Below the pieces are notes generated by a model. The model searched no databases and was not told the DNA's origin. It saw nothing but the letters and a program-made list of their open reading frames with translations. The position numbers and the translations under genes were made by a program. Positions 39,179 through 48,598 of a DNA stretch of 64,000 nucleotides are shown here, piece by piece. The stretch's first letter is position 1; every line of letters starts with the position of its first letter. This DNA is from Trueperaceae bacterium. GTDB taxonomy: Bacteria > Deinococcota > Deinococci > Deinococcales > Trueperaceae. The stretch covers positions 3,968,001-4,032,000 of the forward strand of contig CBDCDZ010000004.1 of NCBI GenBank assembly GCA_965215565.1, given 5' to 3'.

Positions 39179-39430
39179 ATGATGAAACGAGCCCTAACAG
39201 CTTCCTCAGTTCTTATCGTGTTGCTGCTCGCCGCTTGCGACACGGACTCCACCATCCAACAGCTCGCGACGGAGAATCAGGAACTGCGCAATGAGGTCCA
39301 GCGTATCGTAGAGGTCAATGAGGAGTTGCAGACGCAGACCCAAGAGATTTCGCGCATCATCAACGAGCTTCAGTTGAGTATCGATGACCTTAACGTAACG
39401 GGCGGCGCGACTGGCGGTAGCTCAGACTAA
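39179..39430 (+). CDS. Coiled-coil lipoprotein 2
   Basis: RBS AAGGAGAGG, lipobox LAAC, heptads, C-terminal TGGATGGSSD. Confidence 0.8.
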   Translation: MMKRALTASSVLIVLLLAACDTDSTIQQLATENQELRNEVQRIVEVNEELQTQTQEISRIINELQLSIDDLNVTGGATGGSSD

Positions 39431-39448
39431 CTACCGCTCAAGCCGTGA

Positions 39449-39495
39449 AGAGCAGGAGAGCGTAGGCACTGCCGCCTGCGCTCTCCTGCTCTTTA
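39449..39495 (+). terminator. Long hairpin / terminator after lipoprotein 2
   Basis: AGAGCAGGAGAGCG(T)AGGC...GCCTGCGCTCTCCTGCTCT followed by TT. Confidence 0.65.
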
Positions 39496-39557
39496 CTGCT
39501 TTCTCTGCTCACTATTTTTCTACTACCTTTTCAGACCGGACGCTCGGCGGCTTCATA

Positions 39558-39703
39558 TAGCACTTCCGAGACATACTGAGACAGAACGCCGCAGATCTCT
39601 GTCCGCAAGGACTAGCGGGATTTCATCTCCGAAAGTGGGTGCTCATCAATGTTCTCTACAGTGAGAGTGTTGCTTCGCGCACTCAAACCAGACGATACCT
39701 GCT
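39558..39703 (-). mobile_element. TAGCAG element, copy 8
   Basis: TAGCACTTCC...ACATACTGAGAC...GTCCGCAAGGAC...CCAGACGATACCTGCT. Confidence 0.72.
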
Positions 39704-39812
39704 CATACTTCTCTATCCTCACGTTAAAGTGGTATATACTCAGGACGTGAGATTTGTTACATTTCGTTCCTTACCGCTTATTAGTCAAACGAAGGGGTAC
39801 CGAGGGGGTTCT

Positions 39813-40319
39813 ATGAGAGCAGCACTCGTCGTCGTCATGTCGCTAGGTTTAGCTGCCTGCGGCTCGGACAGGGCGCTAGAGGAGCAGCGTCAATCTTTCG
39901 AAGGGCAAATAAGTTCGCTGCAGGAGCGCGTCTCGAGTCTGGAGAGCGAGCGTCAAGATTTGCAGCAGGAGTTGGGCACGAGCTTAGAGGAGGAATACAG
40001 CTTCGTCACGGCGCAGATCGCGGACTTGCGCGTGCAAGTCCAGGCGCTCGAGGTGCGCCGCGACGAACTCCGCACAGAACTCCAGGCTGCGGGCATCGAG
40101 GTTGCGCCGCTAGAGACTGGCGGACAGACGGGCGGCGCAGCGGAGCTGATCGAGAGGTTAGAAGGCGCACTCGGTAGCGGCGGTCTGCAGGAGAGTACGG
40201 GGGGCGCTATAGACGTGACGGGGGGACTGCTCGAGACGGGCGGCGCGGCGGAAAGTACATCGGAAGAGGGCAGTGAAATGGGGGGCGAGATGGGGAGCGA
40301 GACGGGCGGCTCGGACTGA
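39813..40319 (+). CDS. Coiled-coil lipoprotein 3 with TGG-repeat acidic tail
   Basis: RBS GAGGGGG, MRAALVVVMSLGLAAC, heptads, six TGG motifs, ends ETGGSD. Confidence 0.8.
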   Translation: MRAALVVVMSLGLAACGSDRALEEQRQSFEGQISSLQERVSSLESERQDLQQELGTSLEEEYSFVTAQIADLRVQVQALEVRRDELRTELQAAGIEVAPLETGGQTGGAAELIERLEGALGSGGLQESTGGAIDVTGGLLETGGAAESTSEEGSEMGGEMGSETGGSD

Positions 40320-40376
40320 GCGTTTTTTGGTGATGGTCCTATTTGGGATGACATGCTGGAATGATAGAGATGCCAA

Positions 40377-40400
40377 AACAAGGGGTTCCAACCCCTTGTT
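40377..40400. repeat. REP-like palindrome
   Basis: AACAAGGGGTT-CC-AACCCCTTGTT. Confidence 0.6.
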
Positions 40401-40574
40401 GAAATTCTAGAGCCGCTGCCCATCCCTTCTCGAAATCTGCAAGCTTTATGAGGTATCTCTACATCACCTCCGCAGAACTTAAAAAAGTGAGAGGTCGCGT
40501 GCTGCTCCCTTAATCGTAAGCAGTCTTCTAACTGCGCAGCGCAGTTTTCGCGCATACTCTAGTGATGGTAGAGA

Positions 40575-40703
40575 TAGCAGTTCCACTTATCATTGCTACA
40601 CTTCTCCGCAAATATCATCACCTAAAGTGCGTGCTAATTACGAAGTTTTCCGAAGGAAACGATGTTCTTTTTAGTGAGAGTGCTGACCAGATGATACCTG
40701 CTA
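40575..40703 (-). mobile_element. TAGCAG element, copy 9
   Basis: TAGCAGTTCCACTTATC...GTGCGTGCTA...CCAGATGATACCTGCTA. Confidence 0.78.
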
Positions 40704-40764
40704 AGATAAGTCAGAGCGTTGAGCCGTCCCTAAGAGGTCGCCGCGAGCCCGCAGGAAACCACCC

Positions 40765-43700
40765 GTGATCGACCTCGTCGCTTTTTTCGTTCGGCGCTTC
40801 GTGCTCGCCATCAGCGTCTTCTTAGCGATCTTCCTCTTCGGTCTCATCGGCTTCTTGAACACGGGCATCAGCCTCTTGCCGGAGGTGGACATCCCGGTGG
40901 TCAGCGTGTCCACCGCGTATCCGGGCGCAAGCCCGACTGAGGTGGTGGAGCAAGTGAGTGAGCCGCTCGAGAGCGCGCTGACCTCTCTAGAGGGCCTCGA
41001 CTCCATCTCGTCGACCTCGTCAGAGGGCTTCAGCTTGGTCATCGTCAACTTCACCTCGGGCACCGATCCTGACCAAGCCGCGACGGACGTCAACCAGCAG
41101 GTCAGCGCGGTCGTGAATACCCTGCCAGACGACGCTGAGACGCCCTCCGTCGACACCTTTGACCCGAACGAGCAGCCGATCTTAGACGTCGCTGTCGCCG
41201 CCGAAGGGGAGAGCATCTCGGCGGTACAGACGTATGTCGAGGACGAGGTGGACCTCGCCTTGCAGCGCACCGAGGGCGTCGCAGACGTGTCCATCGTCAG
41301 CCCCGTCGCGCAGCAGATCGAGGTGCTCTTAGACCCCGCCGCGCTGAGCGGCTTCAACCTGAGCCCGCAGGGGGTGGCGAACGCGATTCGCTCGTCCGCC
41401 GTGACTGTGCCCGCAGGCGACTTGCGCGTGGACGACGAGCGCGTCCTGCTCATCGGGCGCAACACGCCCGCGAGTTTGGCGCAAGTCGAGGAGATTCCGG
41501 TTGACTTAGCAAGGGGGCTGCGCGTGCGCGACGTCGCTTCGGTGCGCGACGAGACGACGGAGCAAGACAGCTTTACGCGCCTAAACGGGACGCCCGTCGT
41601 CGTTTTGGAGGTGCGCAAGCGTTCAGGCGCGAACTCCGTGGCTACCGCTGATAGGGTGCGCGAGACGCTCGCCGGGCTCAACCTGCCCGAGAACTACAGC
41701 GCAGAAATCGTCGGCGACGAGACGGAATTTATCGCCAACACGGTCTCCGCCACCTCGTCGCAGATTTTCCTCGTCGTCTTTATCGTGGCGTTCGTCGTCC
41801 TTATCTTCGTAGGCAATTTGGGTGCGGTCTTCTCCGTGATGCTCGCCGTCCCCATCTCGCTCGCGGGCGCACTTATCTTCTTCGACCTCTTAGGGTTTAC
41901 CTTCAATATCATCACGCTACTTGCCATCACGGTGGCTATCGGCATCGTCGTAGATGATTCGATCGTCATCGCCGAGAACATCACGCGGCTGCGCGAAGAG
42001 GGGCTGCGTGGGCGCGAGGCGGTCATCCAGGGCGCGGGCGAGGTCTCGGCAGCGGTCTTAGCCTCGACGCTCTCGCTCCTAGCGGTGTTCTTACCCATCT
42101 CCTTTTTGCCGGGACAAATCGGCGAGTTCTTCTCGCAGTTCGGGCTCACCCTGGCCATCACGATTGCGTTTTCGTACCTCGAGGCATTGTTCTTCCTCAC
42201 CGTGCGCATGGCGTACCTGCCCAACCCCTTGCCGCCGACGTGGTCACAGCTAGGCGGCGCGGCGAGCCGCCTTGGAGCGGACGCCAGAGTGATTTTCAGC
42301 ACCTTGACGACGCTCTGGTTCTGGCTCCTCTTCGTGGCGTTGGGGGTGGCGCTCTACTTCGCGGGACCCAACCTCTTCGCTACCGGTCTTCCTGACTTCG
42401 TCTATCCCCTCGGCGCACTCCTCTTGCCCCTCCTTCTCTTTGTGGGGCTCTACTTGGGGCGCTTGCTCCTCTTCTTTGTAGGCGCGGTTGCCCGCAGCTT
42501 TTACGAGGCGGGTGACTGGCTCATCACGAGGCTGCGCTCGGGCTACGGCGCGCTCCTCAACGTTTTGCTCGGTAACGCCGTGTTCGTTATGATCGCCGCC
42601 GCAGGGCTTTTCGCGAGCCTCTTTTTCGTCGCGCCGCGTCTGGGTTTTAACTTCACGCCGCCCATCGACTCGGGGCAGCTCAGCGTGTCGCTCGAGCTGC
42701 CCACCGGTACCAGCCTGACCGAGACGAACCGCGTGACGAGTATCGTCGAGCGGGCGCTCTTTGATGACCCGCTCGTGACCAGTGTTCTTTCAACCATCGG
42801 CGCGCAAGGGAACGCCCAAGGTCAGGCGACGGGCAACGCCAACGCGGAGCGCGCCGAGCTGTTCGTCGAACTCGTCAGCAAGGAGGCGCGCCAGAAGCAG
42901 ACCGCCGCGCTCGCCGTCGATTTCGAATCGCGCTTAGAAGAGGTCTTGGCGGACGAAGTCAACGTAGACCTGAGCGTCTCCGCCGCGCAGCAAGCCGGGC
43001 CGCCGGGCACGGCGGAGTATCAACTCGATCTGGGCTCGTCCGACTTGCCCCTACTCCGCGAACGCACGGACGAAGCCCTCGCTATCCTGCGCGATACGCC
43101 CGGACTGCGCAATCCCGAGTCGAACCTGAGCGAGACGGTGAGCGAACAGGTCTTCGTCGTAGACACCGCCGAACTCATCGGCGCGGGGCTCAGCGCCGAA
43201 GCGGTCTACGGCGCACTGCGCGCCTACAACGTCGGCTTGGACGCGGCGCAGGTGCGCCGCGAAGGGGAGGAGCTTCCCATCCTCGTCCGGGCGGACCCGC
43301 TCGTCTTAGCGGACCAGCAGGCGCTCCTGTCGCTGCCCGTCTTTCCGCCCGCCCAGAGCGCATCTCAGACGCAAGGGGGCGGCAGCGTACAACTCGGCAC
43401 CTTGGGGCGCTTCGAACAGCGCGAGGCTCCCTCCGCGATCAGCCGCACGAATCAGACCTTCTCCGCTACCCTCACCGCGAGCACCGCGCCCGGCGGACCG
43501 CCGCTGAGCGAGATTCGTAGCAACGTCGAGGAGACCTTGCGGCGCGAAGGTATCGTTGGAGAGGGCGTCTCGCTCCTTACAGGTACAGGACCCAACCTCA
43601 CCGGCGACTTGCAGCGCGTCGCGCCCATCGCCTTCGGTCTGGCGCTCCTGCTCAACTACCTCGTCATCGCGAGCCAGTTCAACACCTTTCGCTACCCCCT

Positions 43701-44163
43701 CTACATCCTGCTCAGCGTGCCTTTGGCGCTCGTCGGGGCGATGTGGCTCTTTTTCCTGACGGGTACAGCCTTGGACATCAACAGCGTGCTGGGTTTCGTT
43801 ATCTTGATCGGGCTCGTGACGAAAACCGCGATTCTCCTCCTAGATGTGGTCCAGTCGCGCCAGGAAGAGGGTGCGGAGCTGCGCAAAGCCCTCGTCGAGG
43901 CGGGCAAGCTCCGCTTCCGCCCCATCCTCATGACGACGCTGACGGTCATCGTCATCGGCTTGCCGCTCCTCTTAGGCGGCGGCGAAGGCAGTGAGTTCCG
44001 GCGTCCTCTAGGGCTGGTCATCCTAGGCGGCGTGGTGAGTTCGTCCTTGTTGACGCTCTTTGTCGTACCGGCGGCGTTCTACCTCTTCGAGCGTGGGCGC
44101 TTCGAGAAGGAGCAGGAACGCTCCGAACCGAGCGGCGAGCTGCGCGGGGTGAGCACGGACTGA
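40765..44163 (+). CDS. RND efflux permease (AcrB/AcrD/AcrF family)
   Basis: YPGASP, GIVVDDSIVIAENI, GLVTKTAILL, RFRPILMTT; extra hydrophobic insert in the middle. Confidence 0.93.
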   Translation: MIDLVAFFVRRFVLAISVFLAIFLFGLIGFLNTGISLLPEVDIPVVSVSTAYPGASPTEVVEQVSEPLESALTSLEGLDSISSTSSEGFSLVIVNFTSGTDPDQAATDVNQQVSAVVNTLPDDAETPSVDTFDPNEQPILDVAVAAEGESISAVQTYVEDEVDLALQRTEGVADVSIVSPVAQQIEVLLDPAALSGFNLSPQGVANAIRSSAVTVPAGDLRVDDERVLLIGRNTPASLAQVEEIPVDLARGLRVRDVASVRDETTEQDSFTRLNGTPVVVLEVRKRSGANSVATADRVRETLAGLNLPENYSAEIVGDETEFIANTVSATSSQIFLVVFIVAFVVLIFVGNLGAVFSVMLAVPISLAGALIFFDLLGFTFNIITLLAITVAIGIVVDDSIVIAENITRLREEGLRGREAVIQGAGEVSAAVLASTLSLLAVFLPISFLPGQIGEFFSQFGLTLAITIAFSYLEALFFLTVRMAYLPNPLPPTWSQLGGAASRLGADARVIFSTLTTLWFWLLFVALGVALYFAGPNLFATGLPDFVYPLGALLLPLLLFVGLYLGRLLLFFVGAVARSFYEAGDWLITRLRSGYGALLNVLLGNAVFVMIAAAGLFASLFFVAPRLGFNFTPPIDSGQLSVSLELPTGTSLTETNRVTSIVERALFDDPLVTSVLSTIGAQGNAQGQATGNANAERAELFVELVSKEARQKQTAALAVDFESRLEEVLADEVNVDLSVSAAQQAGPPGTAEYQLDLGSSDLPLLRERTDEALAILRDTPGLRNPESNLSETVSEQVFVVDTAELIGAGLSAEAVYGALRAYNVGLDAAQVRREGEELPILVRADPLVLADQQALLSLPVFPPAQSASQTQGGGSVQLGTLGRFEQREAPSAISRTNQTFSATLTASTAPGGPPLSEIRSNVEETLRREGIVGEGVSLLTGTGPNLTGDLQRVAPIAFGLALLLNYLVIASQFNTFRYPLYILLSVPLALVGAMWLFFLTGTALDINSVLGFVILIGLVTKTAILLLDVVQSRQEEGAELRKALVEAGKLRFRPILMTTLTVIVIGLPLLLGGGEGSEFRRPLGLVILGGVVSSSLLTLFVVPAAFYLFERGRFEKEQERSEPSGELRGVSTD

Positions 44164-44285
44164 CCCTCCTAACCTCTTGTCATTGGGTAAGGCTTACCAT
44201 TTGGTAAGGCGTCGCAGCGCGGTGAGGTTTAAGCTGTCAGCAGGCTCGAGCCTCACCGAGCCCGGCACAAGAAGGGACTGACGCT

Positions 44286-45149
44286 ATGAACGTAGGTTTT
44301 ATCGGCTTAGGTATCATGGGCAGCCGCATGGCGGCGAACCTCACGAAAGAGGGGCACACCCTCACCGTCCATAACCGCACGAAGGAAAAGGCTGAGGATG
44401 TGTTGGCGCAGGGCGCAACCTGGGCGGACTCGCCCGCTGCCGCGGTGAAAGAGGTCGAGGTCCTCATCACCATGCTCGCGCACCCTAAGGCGGTAGAGGA
44501 GACCGCGCTAGGCGACGGGGGTTTTTTGGACGCGATGAACGAGGGGCAACTGTGGGTGGACTCGAGCACCCTCAACCCGAGCTTCTCGAGGCGCATGGCG
44601 AAGGAGGCAACCGCAAGAGGTGTCCGCTTTTTGGATGCGCCCGTCGCAGGCACGAAAGCCCCCGCTGAGAGCGGCGACCTCGTCTTCTTCGTCGGTGGTG
44701 AGGCTGCGGATATAGAAGAGGTGCAACCTCTCTTTGACGCGGTGGGTAGAGCGACCAAGCACGTCGGCGCACACGGCATGGGCACCTCACTCAAAGTCGT
44801 CGTGAACCATATGCTCGCCACCTCGATGGCGGCGTTTGCCGAAGGAATCGTGTTAGGAGAAGGGCTTGGGGTACCGCAAGAGGTACTGTTCGATACGCTG
44901 ATTGGCGGACCGCTTGTGCCTGCATACTTGGGGATGAAGCGGGAGAAGTTGGAGGCGCAAGACTACGTCCCCGACTTTCCGCTAAAATGGATGCAGAAGG
45001 ATATGCAGATGGTCGCGACTGCCGCCTATGACGTAGGCGTTCCGATGCCCCTAGCCAACCTCACCAAAGAGCTTTACCAGGGCGCGGTTAAGCGTGGACA
45101 TGGCGATAAGGACTTCTCAGCGATTTACGAAGATGTCAAGCAAGGTTGA
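44286..45149 (+). CDS. 3-hydroxyisobutyrate/6-phosphogluconate dehydrogenase family oxidoreductase
   Basis: GFIGLGIMG, DSST, DAPVAG, K.VVN, KDM. Confidence 0.92.
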   Translation: MNVGFIGLGIMGSRMAANLTKEGHTLTVHNRTKEKAEDVLAQGATWADSPAAAVKEVEVLITMLAHPKAVEETALGDGGFLDAMNEGQLWVDSSTLNPSFSRRMAKEATARGVRFLDAPVAGTKAPAESGDLVFFVGGEAADIEEVQPLFDAVGRATKHVGAHGMGTSLKVVVNHMLATSMAAFAEGIVLGEGLGVPQEVLFDTLIGGPLVPAYLGMKREKLEAQDYVPDFPLKWMQKDMQMVATAAYDVGVPMPLANLTKELYQGAVKRGHGDKDFSAIYEDVKQG

Positions 45150-45155
45150 TGTTTT

Positions 45156-45761
45156 ATGCTAAGCACCCAAACCAACTTCGACCACCTGAAATTCGCCGCG
45201 CAGGAGTGGGTCACGCTCACCGAGCGTCAGTGGCGCACCTTCGCGGGAATCTTCGAAGCTAGAACGTTAGAGGCAGGCGGACACCTGCACTACCCAGGCG
45301 ACAGCGCGCACAAGCTTATCTTCGTGAGCAGGGGGCTCTTGCGGTTCTATTACCCTGCCGAGGACGGCAAGGAGTCCAACAAGGCATTTTTGACCGAGGG
45401 CGCGTTTGGCGGCGCGTTGGCGGCGGCGTCTTTAGGACTACCTCTCATCTACGGTGTGGAGGCGCTCGAGGAGACCTCGCTCCTCGCGGCTGACCTGGCT
45501 GACCTCTCCGCCCTCTACGACGAGCACCCCATCTTCGACCGCTTCGGGCGCAAGTTAGCCGAGCACATCTTGATGCGAAAAGAGGTGCGGGTGCGCAGGT
45601 TGCTTCAGCAGAGTGCGAAAGAGCGCTACCTGGCGCTGCGTCAGGCGCAACCCACCCTTGTCAAGCGTGTAGCGCAGTATCATCTTGCGTCTTATCTGGG
45701 GGTTACGGAGGCGTCACTCTCGAGGCTCAAACGCGAACTCACTGAGGCGCACTATGCGTAG
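45156..45761 (+). CDS. Crp/Fnr family regulator
   Basis: cNMP-binding fold (FVSRGLLR, EALEET) plus ERY...QYHLASYLGVTEASLSRLK HTH. Confidence 0.88.
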   Translation: MLSTQTNFDHLKFAAQEWVTLTERQWRTFAGIFEARTLEAGGHLHYPGDSAHKLIFVSRGLLRFYYPAEDGKESNKAFLTEGAFGGALAAASLGLPLIYGVEALEETSLLAADLADLSALYDEHPIFDRFGRKLAEHILMRKEVRVRRLLQQSAKERYLALRQAQPTLVKRVAQYHLASYLGVTEASLSRLKRELTEAHYA

Positions 45762-45790
45762 CATGTGAATGCCCCTCTGATTACGCCGTC

Positions 45791-45818
45791 GTAGGGGTGA
45801 TTCATGAATCACCCCTAC
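45791..45818. repeat. GTAG-type REP palindrome
   Basis: Perfect 28-bp palindrome GTAGGGGTGATTCATGAATCACCCCTAC between convergent genes. Confidence 0.75.
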
Positions 45819-45856
45819 CCAGCGCTGCATCACATGTTGTCTCGAGTACAGTCCTA

Positions 45857-46819
45857 CTACGAGTTCGCGTAGGTCAACCACTGTGTAAACTCGGGAATCT
45901 CACCCCGCGTCGCCTTGAGGTAGGTCTCACGCATCTTTAAGGAATACTCGCCCGCTTTGCCCGTCCCGATAGGACGACGGTCGATGCTCGCTATGGGCGT
46001 GACCTCGGCGGCGGTCCCCACCATGAAGATTTCGTCCGCGATGTAAAGCTCATCCCGCGTCGCCATCGTCGCTTCAACGGGCGTGCCCATCCACTTCGCA
46101 AGTTTGACCACAGAATCCCTCGTGATACCGCGCAAATTCACCGAGTGCGCAATTGGGAAGAGCGTCCCATTTTTGAGGAAGAAGATGTTCTCGCCCGAAC
46201 CCTCTGCCACAAAGCCCTCTTTGTCCAGTAAAAGCGCCTCGTCGAAGCCACCCTGCCGCGCCTCTTGGTTCGCCAAGACCGAGTTGATGTAGTTGCCGCC
46301 CGCCTTAGACTTCGTGGGCATCACGTCGCCGGGGCTCCTGCGCCACGAACTCGTGACAAGCCGTGCGCCGTTCTTGATGGCGTCTTCGCCCAAATAGACG
46401 CCCCAAGGCATCGTCGCCACCATGAAGTGCACCTTGTTCTTGCCGGGGTTGACGCCCAAAGACTCCGCGCCGTACCAGAGGAGCGGGCGGATGTAGCACG
46501 ACTTTCGCTCGTTTTTGCGGATGGTCTCTAAAATTGCCTCGTTGATCTCGTCCACCGAATAGGGTGAGTCCATCCCTAAAATCTTGGCGGAGTCGATGAG
46601 CCGCTGCGAATGCTCCTGCAAGCGGAAGACCGCCGCACCCTTCTCCGTCTCATACGCGCGGATGCCCTCGAAGACGCTCGTGCCGTAGTGCATGGCGTGG
46701 GTTAAAACCGAGACCTTCGCTTCGCTCTCTGGCATCATTTCGCCGTCGAACCAGATTAAGCCTGCGTTTAAGGCTGAGGTGCTTTGTGGGGCGTTTTTTT
46801 CGGTCATGGGGACTGTCAT
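45857..46819 (-). CDS. ilvE: Branched-chain amino acid aminotransferase
   Basis: HYGTSVFEGIRAY, YIRP, KAGGNY, EGSGENIF, GITR, GTAAEV. Confidence 0.95.
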   Translation of the reverse strand: MTVPMTEKNAPQSTSALNAGLIWFDGEMMPESEAKVSVLTHAMHYGTSVFEGIRAYETEKGAAVFRLQEHSQRLIDSAKILGMDSPYSVDEINEAILETIRKNERKSCYIRPLLWYGAESLGVNPGKNKVHFMVATMPWGVYLGEDAIKNGARLVTSSWRRSPGDVMPTKSKAGGNYINSVLANQEARQGGFDEALLLDKEGFVAEGSGENIFFLKNGTLFPIAHSVNLRGITRDSVVKLAKWMGTPVEATMATRDELYIADEIFMVGTAAEVTPIASIDRRPIGTGKAGEYSLKMRETYLKATRGEIPEFTQWLTYANS

Positions 46820-46954
46820 TGTAGAACCTCCAGATACGTGCTAACTACGTGAGGTTACTATACGACAGCCCAAAGAGGTCATGAGGCGTTGTTGGCTGGG
46901 GTGGGAAACAAAAAAGCCCCCGGAGGGGCATCTTTTCCTACGTTTAAGAGCGAG

Positions 46955-48445
46955 CTACTTCTCGTTCACATTTAAGCCGTACTTGACGGTTGTGACCACT
47001 AAAGTAGCCCATAAGCTCCAGGTAATAAGTACCTGCTGTTAGCACACGTGATAGCGAACCCTGATAAGCCTCGTCAACAAGCTCTCCTTGTTCATTATGC
47101 AAGCTCATATAGGGAAAACCATTTTCGTATGCTTGAAGCGTAATGGCGATGTGTTTCGTTTCCTCCAATGTAAACCTAAAAATGTCGCTGTCGTCCTCTG
47201 TAAGGAGCAGCGCGTCCTGTGAAAATCCGAGAGCAACCTCTTGGGCGTTTTCGAACGTGTCGTTGGGTTCGTAGTCGATTTGGGGGACATCTTCTTTCGA
47301 GATGGTGAGCGGATAAGAAAGACCTCTGCCATTGTAGGTGTCTGCGTCGTCGGGTAGCCTGAGCGATAGGCGGTAGGTTCCTGCAGGAAGAACAAATGAG
47401 TCTGCGGCGCTCGTTCCGAACATGAATTCGCGTCTCATCTCGCCTGTATCCTCGTAGATAGCGCCTATTAAAGGGTAGAAGCTAGGGCTATTCTTGCGGT
47501 TGAGCGTAACAAGTTGCTCCTTGTCGAGGGTGAAGCTGAACCAATCTTCGTCCGCTTTGTAGGTGAAGAAATCGCCTGAAAAAGGCAGCGTGATCTCAGT
47601 TGCTTGACTGAAGCTGTTGTTAGGCTCAAAGTCTTTATCCGGGATAGGCTGGCTGCTGACACCGAGTGAATAGCCGACGCCTGCACTGCGCATATCTTCA
47701 TATGGGCGTAGGTACAAATAGTAGGTGTCAGGCTCGAGCGCGAGCGTAGGTACCGAAGACATGTGCAACTCCTCGTATTCCTCTATCTTGCTGTTATAGA
47801 GCGTGCGTTCATGACTGTAAGTTTCCCCGAAATTAAAGGTCAGAATCTGAGCTTTCTCGAGCGTAAAGGTGTACCAGTCCTCGTCCCCTTCAGGCAAGAA
47901 CGCCTCTCGAGCATTTGGACCGAGTTCGATTTCGGTGGCGGTTTGCAAGGTGTCGTTAGGCTCCAAAGCGGCGTCTGGAAACGCTTCTGTAGAGACGCTA
48001 ATGCTGTACGTGCGCGTGTCCGAGTAAACAAAGCCTGAGAGCCAGAGAAAGTATTCGCCCGCCGGAAGGTACTGATACGCTTCACCTGTTACACCTACGC
48101 CGTCGTCACCAAAACTAAAACTCGCCATAGCGTACTCCGATATCACCATAGATAGACGCAGAAGCGTGCCAGTACCTAGCGCTGGCGCTTTGGCGCTGAC
48201 GTTGATTAGAGTCGCTTCAGCGAGCGTAAAGGTAAACCACTCATCATCTTGCAAGACGAGGTCGGCTTGATAGTTGATGCTGATTTCTGCCGCTTCGCTC
48301 TCTGCTGTTGTTGGGCTCGAGCGCGTCATCTGTAACGGTGGGTGGATATACGTCTGCGTAGCTGTCGCAGCCTCGAGAGTAGCCCAGCGAGAAGAAGACT
48401 TGCTAACGAAGCCGCGACGCGGAAACGGTAAGGTAATTTCTTCAT
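46955..48445 (-). pseudogene. Frameshifted PPC-repeat lipoprotein, paralog of 48599-50449
   Basis: Removing single bases near 48373, 48297 and ~46995 restores lipobox LLSGC, DDALEPNN.RE.AAEI and a paralog-like C-terminus (KYGLNVNEK*), giving 496 codons. Confidence 0.75.
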
Positions 48446-48598
48446 GGATAAGGTGTCCTTTTCGTATGGTGTAAGCCCGGAGAGGCTCAAAATGTATCGT
48501 AGCGATTTCATTTCTATAACCGCAGTAAAAATCTAGCTTTCTTGTTCAAGAGATGAGCCCCCGAGTGGCTCGAGGGCTTTTGCTCAATTCATTCCCAG

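Noticed and set aside
39953..44021. Long antisense ORFs such as 40701-41681 and 39953-40555
   Set aside because: Shadow frames of GC-rich genes on the opposite strand, with no recognisable motifs.
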